NCBI GenBank assembly: GCA_963827235.1
Contig: CAWHAE010000020.1
Coordinates: forward strand, 192,001-256,000
DNA from: an uncultured bacterium
Lineage (GTDB): Bacteria; Chloroflexota; UBA5177; JANWHV01
Direction: 5' to 3'
Length of the DNA stretch: 64,000 nt
Below, one piece after another: positions 43,063-52,334 of this stretch. Within the stretch, counting starts at the first letter, position 1; each line of letters starts with the position of its first letter. The notes beneath the pieces are model-generated. The model ran no database searches. It saw only the letters and a list, made by a program, of their open reading frames with translations, and was not told the origin of the DNA. The position numbers and the translations under genes were made by a program.

Positions 43063-43491
43063 ATGGCCCTCGAGCAGTTAATCAATACGCATCCTACCGG
43101 GAAGACAACCGGTACGGCTGAGCGGCCCGGCACGGAGCATACAGGCACGGCGCTCACCTTCGATATCCCCGGGGAAATCGAGCGGCTTCACGCTGAAGAG
43201 ACGTGGCGCAAGAGCGGCCGCAACAGCAGGACGCTGGTCAAGGAACCCAACCTGCGAGTGCTCGCCGTCACTCTCAAGCAGGGTATGGAGATCAGTGAAC
43301 ACCGTACGAGCGGGCGCCTGGCTGTGCATGTGCTGTCCGGGCACCTGCAAATGCGCGTTCCGGGCCAGGAGATAGACCTGCCTGCCGGCCATATCACCGT
43401 GCTCGACTTCGAGGTGGAATTCGAGATCCGGGCTGTTGAGACCAGCGCCTTTGTCTTGACCGTCGCCTGGGTAGGCAAATCCGCGAGCTGA
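43063..43491 (+). CDS. Cupin domain protein
   Basis: SRTLVK..LRVLAVTL..G..ISEH....AVHVLSG; AAAGGAG RBS. Confidence 0.8.
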   Translation: MALEQLINTHPTGKTTGTAERPGTEHTGTALTFDIPGEIERLHAEETWRKSGRNSRTLVKEPNLRVLAVTLKQGMEISEHRTSGRLAVHVLSGHLQMRVPGQEIDLPAGHITVLDFEVEFEIRAVETSAFVLTVAWVGKSAS

Positions 43492-43561
43492 ATCGGCGGG
43501 CGGCGCGCCTCGGTGTATAACCGCGCGTCCTCGAGGGTGGGCTCCGTTGTACGCTTAGGGC

Positions 43562-44731
43562 GTGGAAGCTTCACACGAGATTCAACGAGAAGTCGCTTCG
43601 GCAGCGCCGCCGGGGTTGCCTGCATGGGCGCCGGGCGAGCGTTGTGTGGCGCACATGGATCTGGATAGCTTCTATGCGTCGGTAGAGCAGCGCGAGGATC
43701 CGGCACTCGCGGGCAAACCCCTGGCAGTTGTCATGGGCCTGGATGCCAAGGGTCGCGGTGCCGTCGCCTCCGCCTCATACGTTGCGCGCGCCTTCGGCGT
43801 GCGCAGCGCCCAGTCGCTGGCGACGGCTCGCCGACTGTGCCCGGATCTGATCGCACTCCCGGTGCGTCGATCGCTGTACAGCGGCTATTCGACTCGCGTG
43901 ATGGACGCCCTGCGCGGCATCTCAACTCGCCTGCAGCAGGTGAGCATTGATGAGGCATTCGTCGAGCTGTCCGACGTGCAGCGCTCGTGGCCCGACCTGA
44001 TCGCAGCGCGATCCGCCATTTTCGAAGTGATCGGTCTCTCGTGCTCCTTCGGCATCGCGCCGAACAAGCTCGTGGCCAAGATAGCCACCAGCCGGGGGAA
44101 GCCCCGGGGCTTTATCGTCGTCCCTCCCGGCACACAGGCCCGCTTTCTGGCGCCCCTCTCCGTAACGGAGCTGTGGGGCGTCGGGCCGCGCACGGCTGAG
44201 CGACTGCGTGGGTTGGGCATAGATACGCTCGGCGAGCTCGCCGCGCGCGACCCCCGAGAGCTGGCCGGCGTCTTCGGACCGCGTAGGGCCCTTGAGCTGC
44301 GCCAGTTCGCCCAGGGCAATGACGATAGTCCGTTGGCCCCCGAGCGAGCCTATAAGTCCCTCAGCAGCGAGCGAACGTTCGCGCATGGTGAGACGAGCGC
44401 CAGGCGATTGTGGGCCACTATCCAGGACATGGCGGGCGACCTGGCAGTTCGCCTGGAAGCGCACGGCTTGCTCGCGCGCACGGTGGGCATCAAGCTGCGG
44501 CTGGAGAATTGGCGACTGCTAACACGCGACCGGACGTTGCCCGATCATTTCGCCAGCGCTGAGCGTATCGCCGCCGTTGCCGCCGATCTGATGCGCGATC
44601 ACTGGCGGAGAGAGCCAGTCAGGCTATTGGGTCTGCGGGCCTCGGGACTCATGCCCAGGCAGGCCTCATCGCAGCTGCCGCTTTTTCAGCCACCGGTGGC
44701 ACCGAGCCGTCCGGCCACGGCCGGAGACTGA
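43562..44731 (+). CDS. dinB: DNA polymerase IV (Y family)
   Basis: HMDLDSFYASVE, ASYVARAFGVRS, SIDEAF, NKLVAKIA, LWGVG, VRLLGLR; start may lie further downstream. Confidence 0.93.
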   Translation: MEASHEIQREVASAAPPGLPAWAPGERCVAHMDLDSFYASVEQREDPALAGKPLAVVMGLDAKGRGAVASASYVARAFGVRSAQSLATARRLCPDLIALPVRRSLYSGYSTRVMDALRGISTRLQQVSIDEAFVELSDVQRSWPDLIAARSAIFEVIGLSCSFGIAPNKLVAKIATSRGKPRGFIVVPPGTQARFLAPLSVTELWGVGPRTAERLRGLGIDTLGELAARDPRELAGVFGPRRALELRQFAQGNDDSPLAPERAYKSLSSERTFAHGETSARRLWATIQDMAGDLAVRLEAHGLLARTVGIKLRLENWRLLTRDRTLPDHFASAERIAAVAADLMRDHWRREPVRLLGLRASGLMPRQASSQLPLFQPPVAPSRPATAGD

Positions 44732-44851
44732 TTGCAGTGAAAGGCCTGCCACGGCCTGGACCGGCGACCACCGCCGGTCGGCCGACTCTGCTACCATTGC
44801 GATCGGCGTGTCTGCGAGGCATCCCCGTACTGCACAGATAGTGAGTCCGAC

Positions 44852-45664
44852 GTGTCGTTGCGCTACAAGCTGATCGTTCTGGACCTCGACGGCACTTTGC
44901 TCGATGGGCAGAAGAAGATCTCCGCGCGCACCCGCACCACGCTGGAACGCGCCCGGGCCGACGGTGCGGCCGTGGCGATTGCAACCGGCCGCAGCTTCGC
45001 CATGGCGCGCCACTTTGTCGATGGGTTTCCTCTCAACGGGCCGCAAATCACCTACAACGGGGCGGCGATTGTCGATCCTGTTACGGGTAGGCCCCTGTAT
45101 CTTCAGGCCCTTCCTGGGCGCCTCGTAGGCCCTGTAATCGATTTTCTGCGTGACCAGCGTGTGTTTACGTCCTACTTTGCTGAAGAGGAAGTGTACGTAC
45201 GCCATCGGTCCAGTCTCGAGCACGCCTTGGTGCCGCCTGAAATGCCGCCTGCGGTAGAGGTAGCCGACTTCGACGAGCTACGCCATTTGCCGGCAATCAA
45301 GATCGTCGCCACCGCCGCCCGCGAGCGTATAGACACCCTGCGGCCCGTGGCCGAGTCGGCATTCGGGGCCGATCTCTACGTGACGCGAACGGATGCTGTC
45401 CTGCTGGAGTTTCTGCATCCCTCGGTCTCCAAGGGCACGGCGCTCAAGCGGGTGATCAAGTTGCTCGACCTCAGTGCTGAAGACGTGATCGCCTTTGGCG
45501 ACAGCCACAACGATCTTGAGCTGCTGCAGATCGCGGGTACCGGCGTGGCCATGGGTAACGCGGTTGACGAGGTGCGCGCAATGGCCGACATCGTGGCGCC
45601 GCCGAACACTGACGATGGAGTGGCCAGGGTACTCGAGACGGTGCTGTGGCCCGATTCCCCGTAG
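44852..45664 (+). CDS. Cof-type HAD-IIB hydrolase
   Basis: DLDGTLL, ATGR, YNGA, SKG, FGDSHND, AMGNA. Confidence 0.93.
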   Translation: MSLRYKLIVLDLDGTLLDGQKKISARTRTTLERARADGAAVAIATGRSFAMARHFVDGFPLNGPQITYNGAAIVDPVTGRPLYLQALPGRLVGPVIDFLRDQRVFTSYFAEEEVYVRHRSSLEHALVPPEMPPAVEVADFDELRHLPAIKIVATAARERIDTLRPVAESAFGADLYVTRTDAVLLEFLHPSVSKGTALKRVIKLLDLSAEDVIAFGDSHNDLELLQIAGTGVAMGNAVDEVRAMADIVAPPNTDDGVARVLETVLWPDSP

Positions 45665-45727
45665 AGTATGCTGAGATAAACGCTTTCCAGTTCGCGAGTC
45701 GTTGGCTGTTCACGACAAGGAGTGCCC

Positions 45728-47206
45728 ATGGTGCCCCGATGTCAGCGCCCGGTCCGCCGTGTCCTGCTGTGTTTGGCCTCTACCGCGATCCTTGCTGCCG
45801 CTCTACTGCCGGGTCCCGGCGCCTCCGCGGCCCAGGTGCCCCGCCCCGGGCGCGCGTTCCGGTCGCTCTCGCTGATCTACCCCGGTTCGCAGGTAATGTC
45901 TGTTGACTACCAGACTTCCGCCGCACCCGCGCTGCCGCGCGAAGCAGTAGCATCGGCCATGGCGCCGGACGGCCGGGCTCGCCACGGTACGACTACGACC
46001 ATCGGGCTATCCCGAAGCGGTGACGGGATCAGGCTGAATGCCGCCACGCCTATCGCTACCGGGCCGGCTGCCGGCGCATCGCCCACGCCAATCGTCACGC
46101 ATTATTCTCTTGCCGCTGCCTGGCCCATGGCCGGGCACGACCCGGGACAAAGCTTCGCCGACGTGCTGGGCAGCGTCGTTCCCGGTGCCGTTCCGCTACT
46201 GCACCTTCGCTGGCAGGCCCAGGGGTTGGTGCCGCAGATCGAGGCGGGGGGTCTCCTCTATGCGATCAACGCTAACTCGCAGGTCGAGTCGTTGGACGCG
46301 GCCGGAGGCACCGTGGGCCGCACCTATCAGTCGCCGGGAGTCGTGGGCCTGGCCTACCAGGCACCCTATCTCTACGTGAACAGGTCTTCTGAGATTCGCA
46401 TCGTCGATGCGGCGACGGCGGGCTGGTCGAATTCCGCCACCGATTCTGTGGGAGATGCTACGCCCACGTTCTCTTCGCTGATCGTGAGTGGGCGGCAGAT
46501 CTTTACTGGATCCGGCCCTGCTTCGCCCACCTCGCTGGCCAGTTTCTACTCTTTCGACGCTCAGTCGGGCAACAAGTTGTGGCAGCATCCCGGCAGCTTC
46601 ACGTCTACGCCGTGCCTGGCATACGGCACGTTGTACGTGAGTTACGGACCCTTCGGCAGCATGGACACATACGTGATTGATGCGGCGAACGGCTTTCAGT
46701 TCCGCGAGTTCAAGAAGCTCGGCGCAATCCAGTGGAATGCGGCGGGTGACAGGGTGTATGCCAGCGTCCTGTCCGGGCCGCCCGATCGTCTGCGCGCCTC
46801 GGTACGGGCATACGATCGTTTCGGTAAGCCACGGTGGGTCGCTCATAACATCCTGTTCGGCGCTGCCCTGCCCGAGATGATGTTTGGCATAGCGCCCGGC
46901 GGTGTGGACGCGCGCAGCGCTCTCGATGGGCACCGGTTGTGGCGAACCGATCTGCCGGGGCTGAACGCGATCTCGTCTGGCACGGTGGCGGTTTCCGGTG
47001 ACCTTATCGTCGTGCAGGCGGACGACGGAGTGCTCCGGCTGCTCGATCGCGACACAGGGCTACTCGTCCGCACGCTGAAGCCTCCATTCGTGGCCACGTT
47101 GGCGCGCAACCTCCTAGTCGGTGGCGGGATCATCTTCGAGAGCGTGACCCCCGTGCATCCGGGAGGGAAGGCCGGGCCAGCCACCCTGCTTGCCTTTGGT
47201 CCTTGA
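45728..47206 (+). CDS. Secreted PQQ-like (BamB-type) beta-propeller protein
   Basis: Signal peptide; WPMAGHDP; repeated xDAxxGxxxW blades (FDAQSGNKLW, ALDGHRLW, LDRDTG); AAGGAG RBS. Confidence 0.75.
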   Translation: MVPRCQRPVRRVLLCLASTAILAAALLPGPGASAAQVPRPGRAFRSLSLIYPGSQVMSVDYQTSAAPALPREAVASAMAPDGRARHGTTTTIGLSRSGDGIRLNAATPIATGPAAGASPTPIVTHYSLAAAWPMAGHDPGQSFADVLGSVVPGAVPLLHLRWQAQGLVPQIEAGGLLYAINANSQVESLDAAGGTVGRTYQSPGVVGLAYQAPYLYVNRSSEIRIVDAATAGWSNSATDSVGDATPTFSSLIVSGRQIFTGSGPASPTSLASFYSFDAQSGNKLWQHPGSFTSTPCLAYGTLYVSYGPFGSMDTYVIDAANGFQFREFKKLGAIQWNAAGDRVYASVLSGPPDRLRASVRAYDRFGKPRWVAHNILFGAALPEMMFGIAPGGVDARSALDGHRLWRTDLPGLNAISSGTVAVSGDLIVVQADDGVLRLLDRDTGLLVRTLKPPFVATLARNLLVGGGIIFESVTPVHPGGKAGPATLLAFGP

Positions 47207-47465
47207 CGTCCGTCGAGTAGCCTGGCGCCGGGCAGTGCCCGCCGGGCGTGCCGGTCGATGGAGTTCCGCGCGGGAGGCTCGCGCACTGGCACAGGGTGCC
47301 TGCTGCCGGCGTGACAACTGTAACTAAATCCGCATGATAATGCGCTCACGAGCATACTCATGCATCGGTGACGTATCGCACCGTCACTCGACGGTGCCGC
47401 AATTGTGGCGCCGGGCTGAGCAGAAAAGGCGACCGGAATTGCTACGTCCGTGCGCGCCAAGGGCC

Positions 47466-47494
47466 TTGACATGTGAAAAATGGAGGCGTAGCAT
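47466..47494 (+). promoter_or_regulatory. Near-consensus sigma70 promoter with no long ORF downstream
   Basis: TTGACA (47466-47471)-N17-TAGCAT (47489-47494); predicted +1 near 47501. Confidence 0.8.
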
Positions 47495-47500
47495 GACCTT

Positions 47501-47748
47501 AGTGCGAGGGCATCCGGAGGCTGACAGCCTCCTATCCACCGCCTGGAAAGGAGACTTCCTATGTATAGTTTGAGGAAGCCGCACCTTTTCTTCGGAGTCC
47601 TTCAGGTCGACTAGCACCTGCTCGGCCGGACGGTAGTAGCTAGGAACAAGCTCGCCGAAACGTGTCGAGGGCGAAAGCAGGATTCCACCCACGGGCCGGT
47701 CATCGGTCCAACGCCGGCGTTACGAATAGGCCCTTGAGCCTTTGCACT
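47501..47748 (+). ncRNA. Structured non-coding RNA candidate, about 250 nt (6S/Ms1-like or novel)
   Basis: Begins at the predicted +1; 5' AGTGCGAGGGC pairs with GCCTTTGCACT (47738-47748); internal stems GGAGGCT/AGCCTCC, CTTCCT/AGGAAG, AAAGG/CCTTT, GGAGTCC/GGATTCC, CAGGT/ACCTG, GGGCCGG/TCGGTCC. Confidence 0.6.
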
Positions 47749-47848
47749 TTCGATCGACGCAGGCAGCGATGAATTCGTACTGGTGATCGGCCCCCGTTCT
47801 GCACTGTGTGAGGTGTTAGCAAAACAAGCACACGAGCAAGCGGTAGGT

Positions 47849-47890
47849 AAAAGTAAACGAGAGGGAGTCGTGTGCGCGACTCCCTCTCGT
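47849..47890 (-). terminator. Intrinsic terminator of the PRTase gene (hairpin may act in both directions)
   Basis: ACGAGAGGGAGTCG...CGACTCCCTCTCGT 14-bp stem, followed by TTACTTTT on the minus strand. Confidence 0.85.
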
Positions 47891-47917
47891 CATGTACTCA
47901 GCACGCGAAGACGCGCC

Positions 47918-48388
47918 TCAGCGTTCTCGATCCCACGGATAGACGAGCCAATCGTCGGTGGCCTCGGCGTAGAAGTCTGGGTGTTCGTTGTTGTACCGCG
48001 AACGACCGGGCTTGAAGTGCAGCACGGCCACCTTGTAGTGGCACCTCACTGCGTCCAGGCGCTCTTTCACCGCCATGATCGTGCGCCCGCTATCCCATAC
48101 GTCGTCCACTACGAGCACGCGCTTCCCGGCCAGCAATGTGTCGGTAGGAAACTGAAGGAAGATCGGGGTGTCGAGCGTCTGGTCGACGTCGGTGTAGTAG
48201 ACAACCGCGGCGACCAGAATGTTCCGCAGGTCGATCTTCTCGCTGATCAGGCAGCCCGGCACCATGCCCCCTCGAGTGATGACCAGCATGGCCTCATAGG
48301 TGTCGGACAGATACGTCCTGATCAGGTGATCGACCAGACGTTGAATCTCCTCCCAGCTAAGTAGCCGCTTGACCAGTGTCTTCTCCAT
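47918..48388 (-). CDS. Purine phosphoribosyltransferase (Gpt-like type I PRTase)
   Basis: ITRGGMVP, VLVVDDVWDSGRT PRPP loop, WLVYPW. Confidence 0.9.
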   Translation of the reverse strand: MEKTLVKRLLSWEEIQRLVDHLIRTYLSDTYEAMLVITRGGMVPGCLISEKIDLRNILVAAVVYYTDVDQTLDTPIFLQFPTDTLLAGKRVLVVDDVWDSGRTIMAVKERLDAVRCHYKVAVLHFKPGRSRYNNEHPDFYAEATDDWLVYPWDRER

Positions 48389-48391
48389 ACG

Positions 48392-48958
48392 TTACGGCAA
48401 TCCCCTGATAATTGGCGTCGGCGAGGGGCCGGCGGAGCGTGTCGTGACCGTGGGCTCTCCGGCTGGCCCGGACTTGCGCCGGATCTGGTCGATCGCGTTC
48501 TGGAACTCCACGGCACCGTTGTCGATCTGGCTGGACGCGCGCTGAACTTCCGTCCGGCTGCTGGTGCGCAGACCGAGCACCAGTGTGTTCGTGCCAACCG
48601 AGAGATCGGTCAAGCTCTTGACGAAGAGCTTGGCTGTTGCCTTCACCTCCGCCGGGATCGGCGTAGTCTGCTGGAATCGCACCAGCTCGCCCGAGAACTC
48701 GTCCGCCGTCTTCGATACCCCGGTAACATCGTTCCTCTGTATGGAGTTGCCGAGGTTGTTGAGCGAGGCGATAGTGTCGGTCACTATCGGCAAGATGCGG
48801 CCCTGCCAGACGAGGACCGCCGTCGATTGGTTGTAGCTCGCGGACGTGCCACCGGCCCGTGGAGCCTGGGCGTAGACTCGCACACTGCCGGCTGCGAACC
48901 CAACGACGCTGGCGGCTACGAGACAGCGTGCCAGGCGCGAACGTAGAACGGTGTTCAT
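48392..48958 (-). CDS. Secreted alpha-helical hypothetical protein
   Basis: GGAGGAG RBS; signal peptide ending VYA; amphipathic helices; 3 nt from the PRTase start. Confidence 0.7.
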   Translation of the reverse strand: MNTVLRSRLARCLVAASVVGFAAGSVRVYAQAPRAGGTSASYNQSTAVLVWQGRILPIVTDTIASLNNLGNSIQRNDVTGVSKTADEFSGELVRFQQTTPIPAEVKATAKLFVKSLTDLSVGTNTLVLGLRTSSRTEVQRASSQIDNGAVEFQNAIDQIRRKSGPAGEPTVTTRSAGPSPTPIIRGLP

Positions 48959-49426
48959 GGCTCCTCCACCGGCTGAGTGGGCAAACGTCGGAGCGATCGT
49001 AACAGCAGCCATCGGCTATGTCAAAATGACTCGCGTGGTGGCTGTGTGCCTTAGTGTACGGTAGCAGGCCTATTCCTGCCAGCGCCATCGCACGCAAATG
49101 TGCTGCTGCGACCCGGAACTTCATTGGCGAAGTGCGCGGAGGGCAACGTGGCCGCTACTCCGGGTACGACGGGCATCCTGGGGTCGGTCGTCATCGTGCC
49201 CGACCCTTCGCTCACCCCGACGCACCGGCTCCCGGGACCGTGGCCATCTCGCCCGCTCGCCGGTCACCACGAGGTGGCGAGCCGCCGAACGTCCCGCCAC
49301 TTCGCGGATCCTGCCGCGGACGGTATGGTCGCCGTCGGCCGCCCAACCCGGCGCCCGCGTCGTGTCGTATGGTATAACGGTGACGAGGCGCAAGCCGGGA
49401 GTGATCATGATCGGGAGGGCACGCCT

Positions 49427-49765
49427 ATGCCGGTGAAGATCCATCACACGCTCATTCGCGATCGCATCCCGGAGATCATCGCGGAGAGCGGCGGCCATGC
49501 TGAGACGCGAGTACTCTCCCAGCAGGAGTTCTTGCAGGCGCTCAAGGCTAAGCTCGTAGAGGAAGCAGATGCCGCTGCGCACTCCAGCACCGCGCTCGAG
49601 CTTGCGCTCGAAATCGGCGACGTGCTCGAGGTGGTGGACGCGCTCATCCATGCGGAGGGCTTCTTGCACTCGGAGATCGAAGCCTACAGGCACGAGCGGG
49701 CCGCCAGTCGCGGCACGTTCAAGCGGCGCCTCATGCTGCTGCAGACTCGCACCCCGGATTCCTAG
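49427..49765 (+). CDS. Small MazG-like nucleoside triphosphate pyrophosphohydrolase
   Basis: LIRDRIPEII, LKAKLVEE, EIGDVLEV, RGTF; GGGAGG RBS; TGGTATAAC extended -10 near 49370. Confidence 0.8.
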   Translation: MPVKIHHTLIRDRIPEIIAESGGHAETRVLSQQEFLQALKAKLVEEADAAAHSSTALELALEIGDVLEVVDALIHAEGFLHSEIEAYRHERAASRGTFKRRLMLLQTRTPDS

Positions 49766-49873
49766 CGGCCCCCATTTGGGCTAGTCTGCCGCTCGGTCGC
49801 TCGGCTTCAACCATGTTGGAGACTGGCATATACTAGATGCACGGATTGCTGCTTTCACAGGGAGGGTGCGCAT

Positions 49874-51364
49874 ATGTGGCGATTCAGACTCATTCGCTTC
49901 CGGCTCACCCTCACCTACACCATCTTCCTGGCAACGGCCTTCACGGCGTTCAGTATGGGCATTCTCTTTGGACTGAATGCCATTCTCAACGACAACTACG
50001 ACCAGAAGATGCAGAATGCGGCCGATCAGATCGTCAGCCAGTATACGATACTGCAGAAGTACAACTACTACCCGAACATCGGCGTCACGCTTACTGTCTC
50101 CAAGAAGACGGTCGGTGGTGACCAGAGCCCCCTACCGTCAGAGAATTACCAGTTCCTCAACGCCAATGGTCAGCCGATTCGCGGTGGCCAGAGTAAGCAG
50201 CCCGACCCGAAGCTCTCCACCAATCCGAAACTCAAACAGACCGTCAAGAAGGCACTCATCTCCAACTCACCGCAGAGCCTCACCGTCGCCGGCAACAACG
50301 GCGACACCAGTGTCGTCGTGGTTCCAACCGGCGCCGACCAGGCGGTGCTCGTCTACGAAGCATCGCGGCAAGGCGTGGAAGACACGATCACGGTCATGAA
50401 GGAGATCATGATCCTCGCCGTGGTGGTGATGACTATCCTCTCCGCGATCGGTGCCTGGGTGCTCACCGGGCGCGTGCTGCGCCCCATCGACCGCATGAGC
50501 GAGCGCGTGCGCCGCATCTCCATTCGCGACCTCAGCGAGCGGTTTCATATGGATCAGCCGGACGAGCTCGGCAGGCTTGCTTCGACCTTCGACGACATGA
50601 TCTCCCGGCTTCAGGCTTCCGTGGAGCGCCAGAAGCGCTTCACGTCCGACGCTTCACACGAGCTGCGCACGCCCCTGACGGTGATGCAGGCGGATATCGA
50701 CCTCGCGCTGCGCCGTCCTCGCACTGCCGATGAGTACCGTGAGACGCTCGAAAGCGCCCAGGAGGAAGTGACGAGGCTGTCGCGTATCGTCTCCGACCTG
50801 CTTGTCCTGACCAGGCTGGATACCGACGCCTCGTTCGTCGAGCACGAGCCGGTGGCGCTTGACGAGCTCCTGGACAGCGTAGTTTCGGGCATGAAACCGC
50901 TTGCTCGCGAGGGGGAGATCCTGCTGAGCTACTGGTTCAGCGCGCCCATAACCATCATGGGCGACGTAACGCGACTGAAGCAGCTTTTCATCAATTTGCT
51001 GGACAACGCGATCAAGTATACGTCGACAGGCGGCGCTGTTCACGTAGCCATGGAGCCGCTGCCCGACACCATCAAGGTGATTGTCTCGGATACCGGCATG
51101 GGTATTGAGCCCGAGCATCTGCCGCACATCTTCGAGCGCTTCTACCGCGCTGACCAGGCGCGATCGCGCAGCCATGAGGGTACCGGTCTCGGTCTCGCCA
51201 TAGCAATGAGTGCCGTCCGGGCTCACCATGGGGATATCGATGTGGTGAGCAGGCCGGGCTTCGGCACGACGTTCACCGTGACGTTGCCGTACGGCGGCGT
51301 TCTTGCTGCAGAGATGCCCGATTCGGGCAAGCTCGTCCGCTTGCCCCTGTCGGCGGCCAGCTGA
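49874..51364 (+). CDS. Sensor histidine kinase (TM-sensor-TM-HAMP-HisKA-HATPase), no adjacent regulator
   Basis: FTSDASHELRTPL, NLLDNAIKY, DTGMGI, FERFYR, GTGLGLAI. Confidence 0.93.
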   Translation: MWRFRLIRFRLTLTYTIFLATAFTAFSMGILFGLNAILNDNYDQKMQNAADQIVSQYTILQKYNYYPNIGVTLTVSKKTVGGDQSPLPSENYQFLNANGQPIRGGQSKQPDPKLSTNPKLKQTVKKALISNSPQSLTVAGNNGDTSVVVVPTGADQAVLVYEASRQGVEDTITVMKEIMILAVVVMTILSAIGAWVLTGRVLRPIDRMSERVRRISIRDLSERFHMDQPDELGRLASTFDDMISRLQASVERQKRFTSDASHELRTPLTVMQADIDLALRRPRTADEYRETLESAQEEVTRLSRIVSDLLVLTRLDTDASFVEHEPVALDELLDSVVSGMKPLAREGEILLSYWFSAPITIMGDVTRLKQLFINLLDNAIKYTSTGGAVHVAMEPLPDTIKVIVSDTGMGIEPEHLPHIFERFYRADQARSRSHEGTGLGLAIAMSAVRAHHGDIDVVSRPGFGTTFTVTLPYGGVLAAEMPDSGKLVRLPLSAAS

Positions 51365-51545
51365 TCCCAGGTGGGCTGTCGGGCAGGCTCTGGTCATGGC
51401 GTGGCTAGCCGGCCCTGCGGCTGGCCTGCACCCATCGGCCCGGACAGGCCAGCCAGGTCAAGCGGGCTTCGTCGCCGGTACACACGGTTGGTCTGCTGCG
51501 AAGGAATCCTACTCTGGGGCGGTAAGCCGAGCGACGGGCGTGCCG

Positions 51546-52334
51546 TCAGGCGAGGAACGCGGCGGCCACCAGGGCCACGGTGAGCAGCAGGAGCACGTAG
51601 TCCGCGGTGGAGAACCGCTGTTCGCGGAGGTGCGTGCGCGCGCTGCCGACCCGATAGCCGCGCGCTTCCATGGCCGTCGCCAGCTCGCCGGCGCGACGCA
51701 AGTTGGCGGAGATGATCGGATTGTACAGGCTGATCAGGGCGCGCAGCCGGGTCTCGATTGGGCCGTGCCAGAGGTCGGTTCCGCGAGCGAGCTGGGCGTC
51801 AATCACCGTGCGCACCTGTTCGCGGATCAACGGCAGGAAGGTCAGGGCGAGGGTCACGAGCATGGCCAGCTCATCGACCGGTGCGCCGAGCCGCTTGAGC
51901 GGCTTGCAGAGTCGCTGCAGGGCCGTCGCTATGGCCAGCGGCTCCGTGCTGGACGTCAAAACCTGAGCTCCGTAGATCAGGGCGCCGGACTGAAAGAAGA
52001 TCCTGACGCCGAGCTGAACCCCGTCCTGCGTGAGCGACATCGGCCCCCATCGGAGCTCGGCCTTGCCCGGAATCAGCAACGCGTAGACGAAGCTGCTGAG
52101 CGCCAGCAGGACTATCACGACGCCCATGCTGCGCAGCATAGCTCGCTGGTCGACCCGGGCCACCACGCTTGAGATCGCCAGAAGGGCCGTGATCACCCCG
52201 AAATAGTACAGATGCACGGCGCCGAACGAAGCCGCCATGACGCCGAAGAGGGCCACGATCTTTGATCGTCCGTCAAGTCTGTGCGCGATAGAGTCGCCCG
52301 CCTGGTAAGCGCCAAGTCCCAGTCCGCTCAGCAT
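51546..52334 (-). CDS. ecfT: ECF transporter transmembrane T component
   Basis: HRLDGRSK, FLP, AQLARG and AMEARG Arg motifs. Confidence 0.92.
   Translation of the reverse strand: MLSGLGLGAYQAGDSIAHRLDGRSKIVALFGVMAASFGAVHLYYFGVITALLAISSVVARVDQRAMLRSMGVVIVLLALSSFVYALLIPGKAELRWGPMSLTQDGVQLGVRIFFQSGALIYGAQVLTSSTEPLAIATALQRLCKPLKRLGAPVDELAMLVTLALTFLPLIREQVRTVIDAQLARGTDLWHGPIETRLRALISLYNPIISANLRRAGELATAMEARGYRVGSARTHLREQRFSTADYVLLLLTVALVAAAFLA

Noticed and set aside
43492-43660. SOS box upstream of dinB
   Set aside because: No GAAC-N4-GTTC-like palindrome found by eye
47501-47890. tmRNA, RNase P RNA or SRP RNA identity for the structured region; TAG read-through of the small ORF
   Set aside because: Diagnostic motifs were not found, and the read-through product is not protein-like
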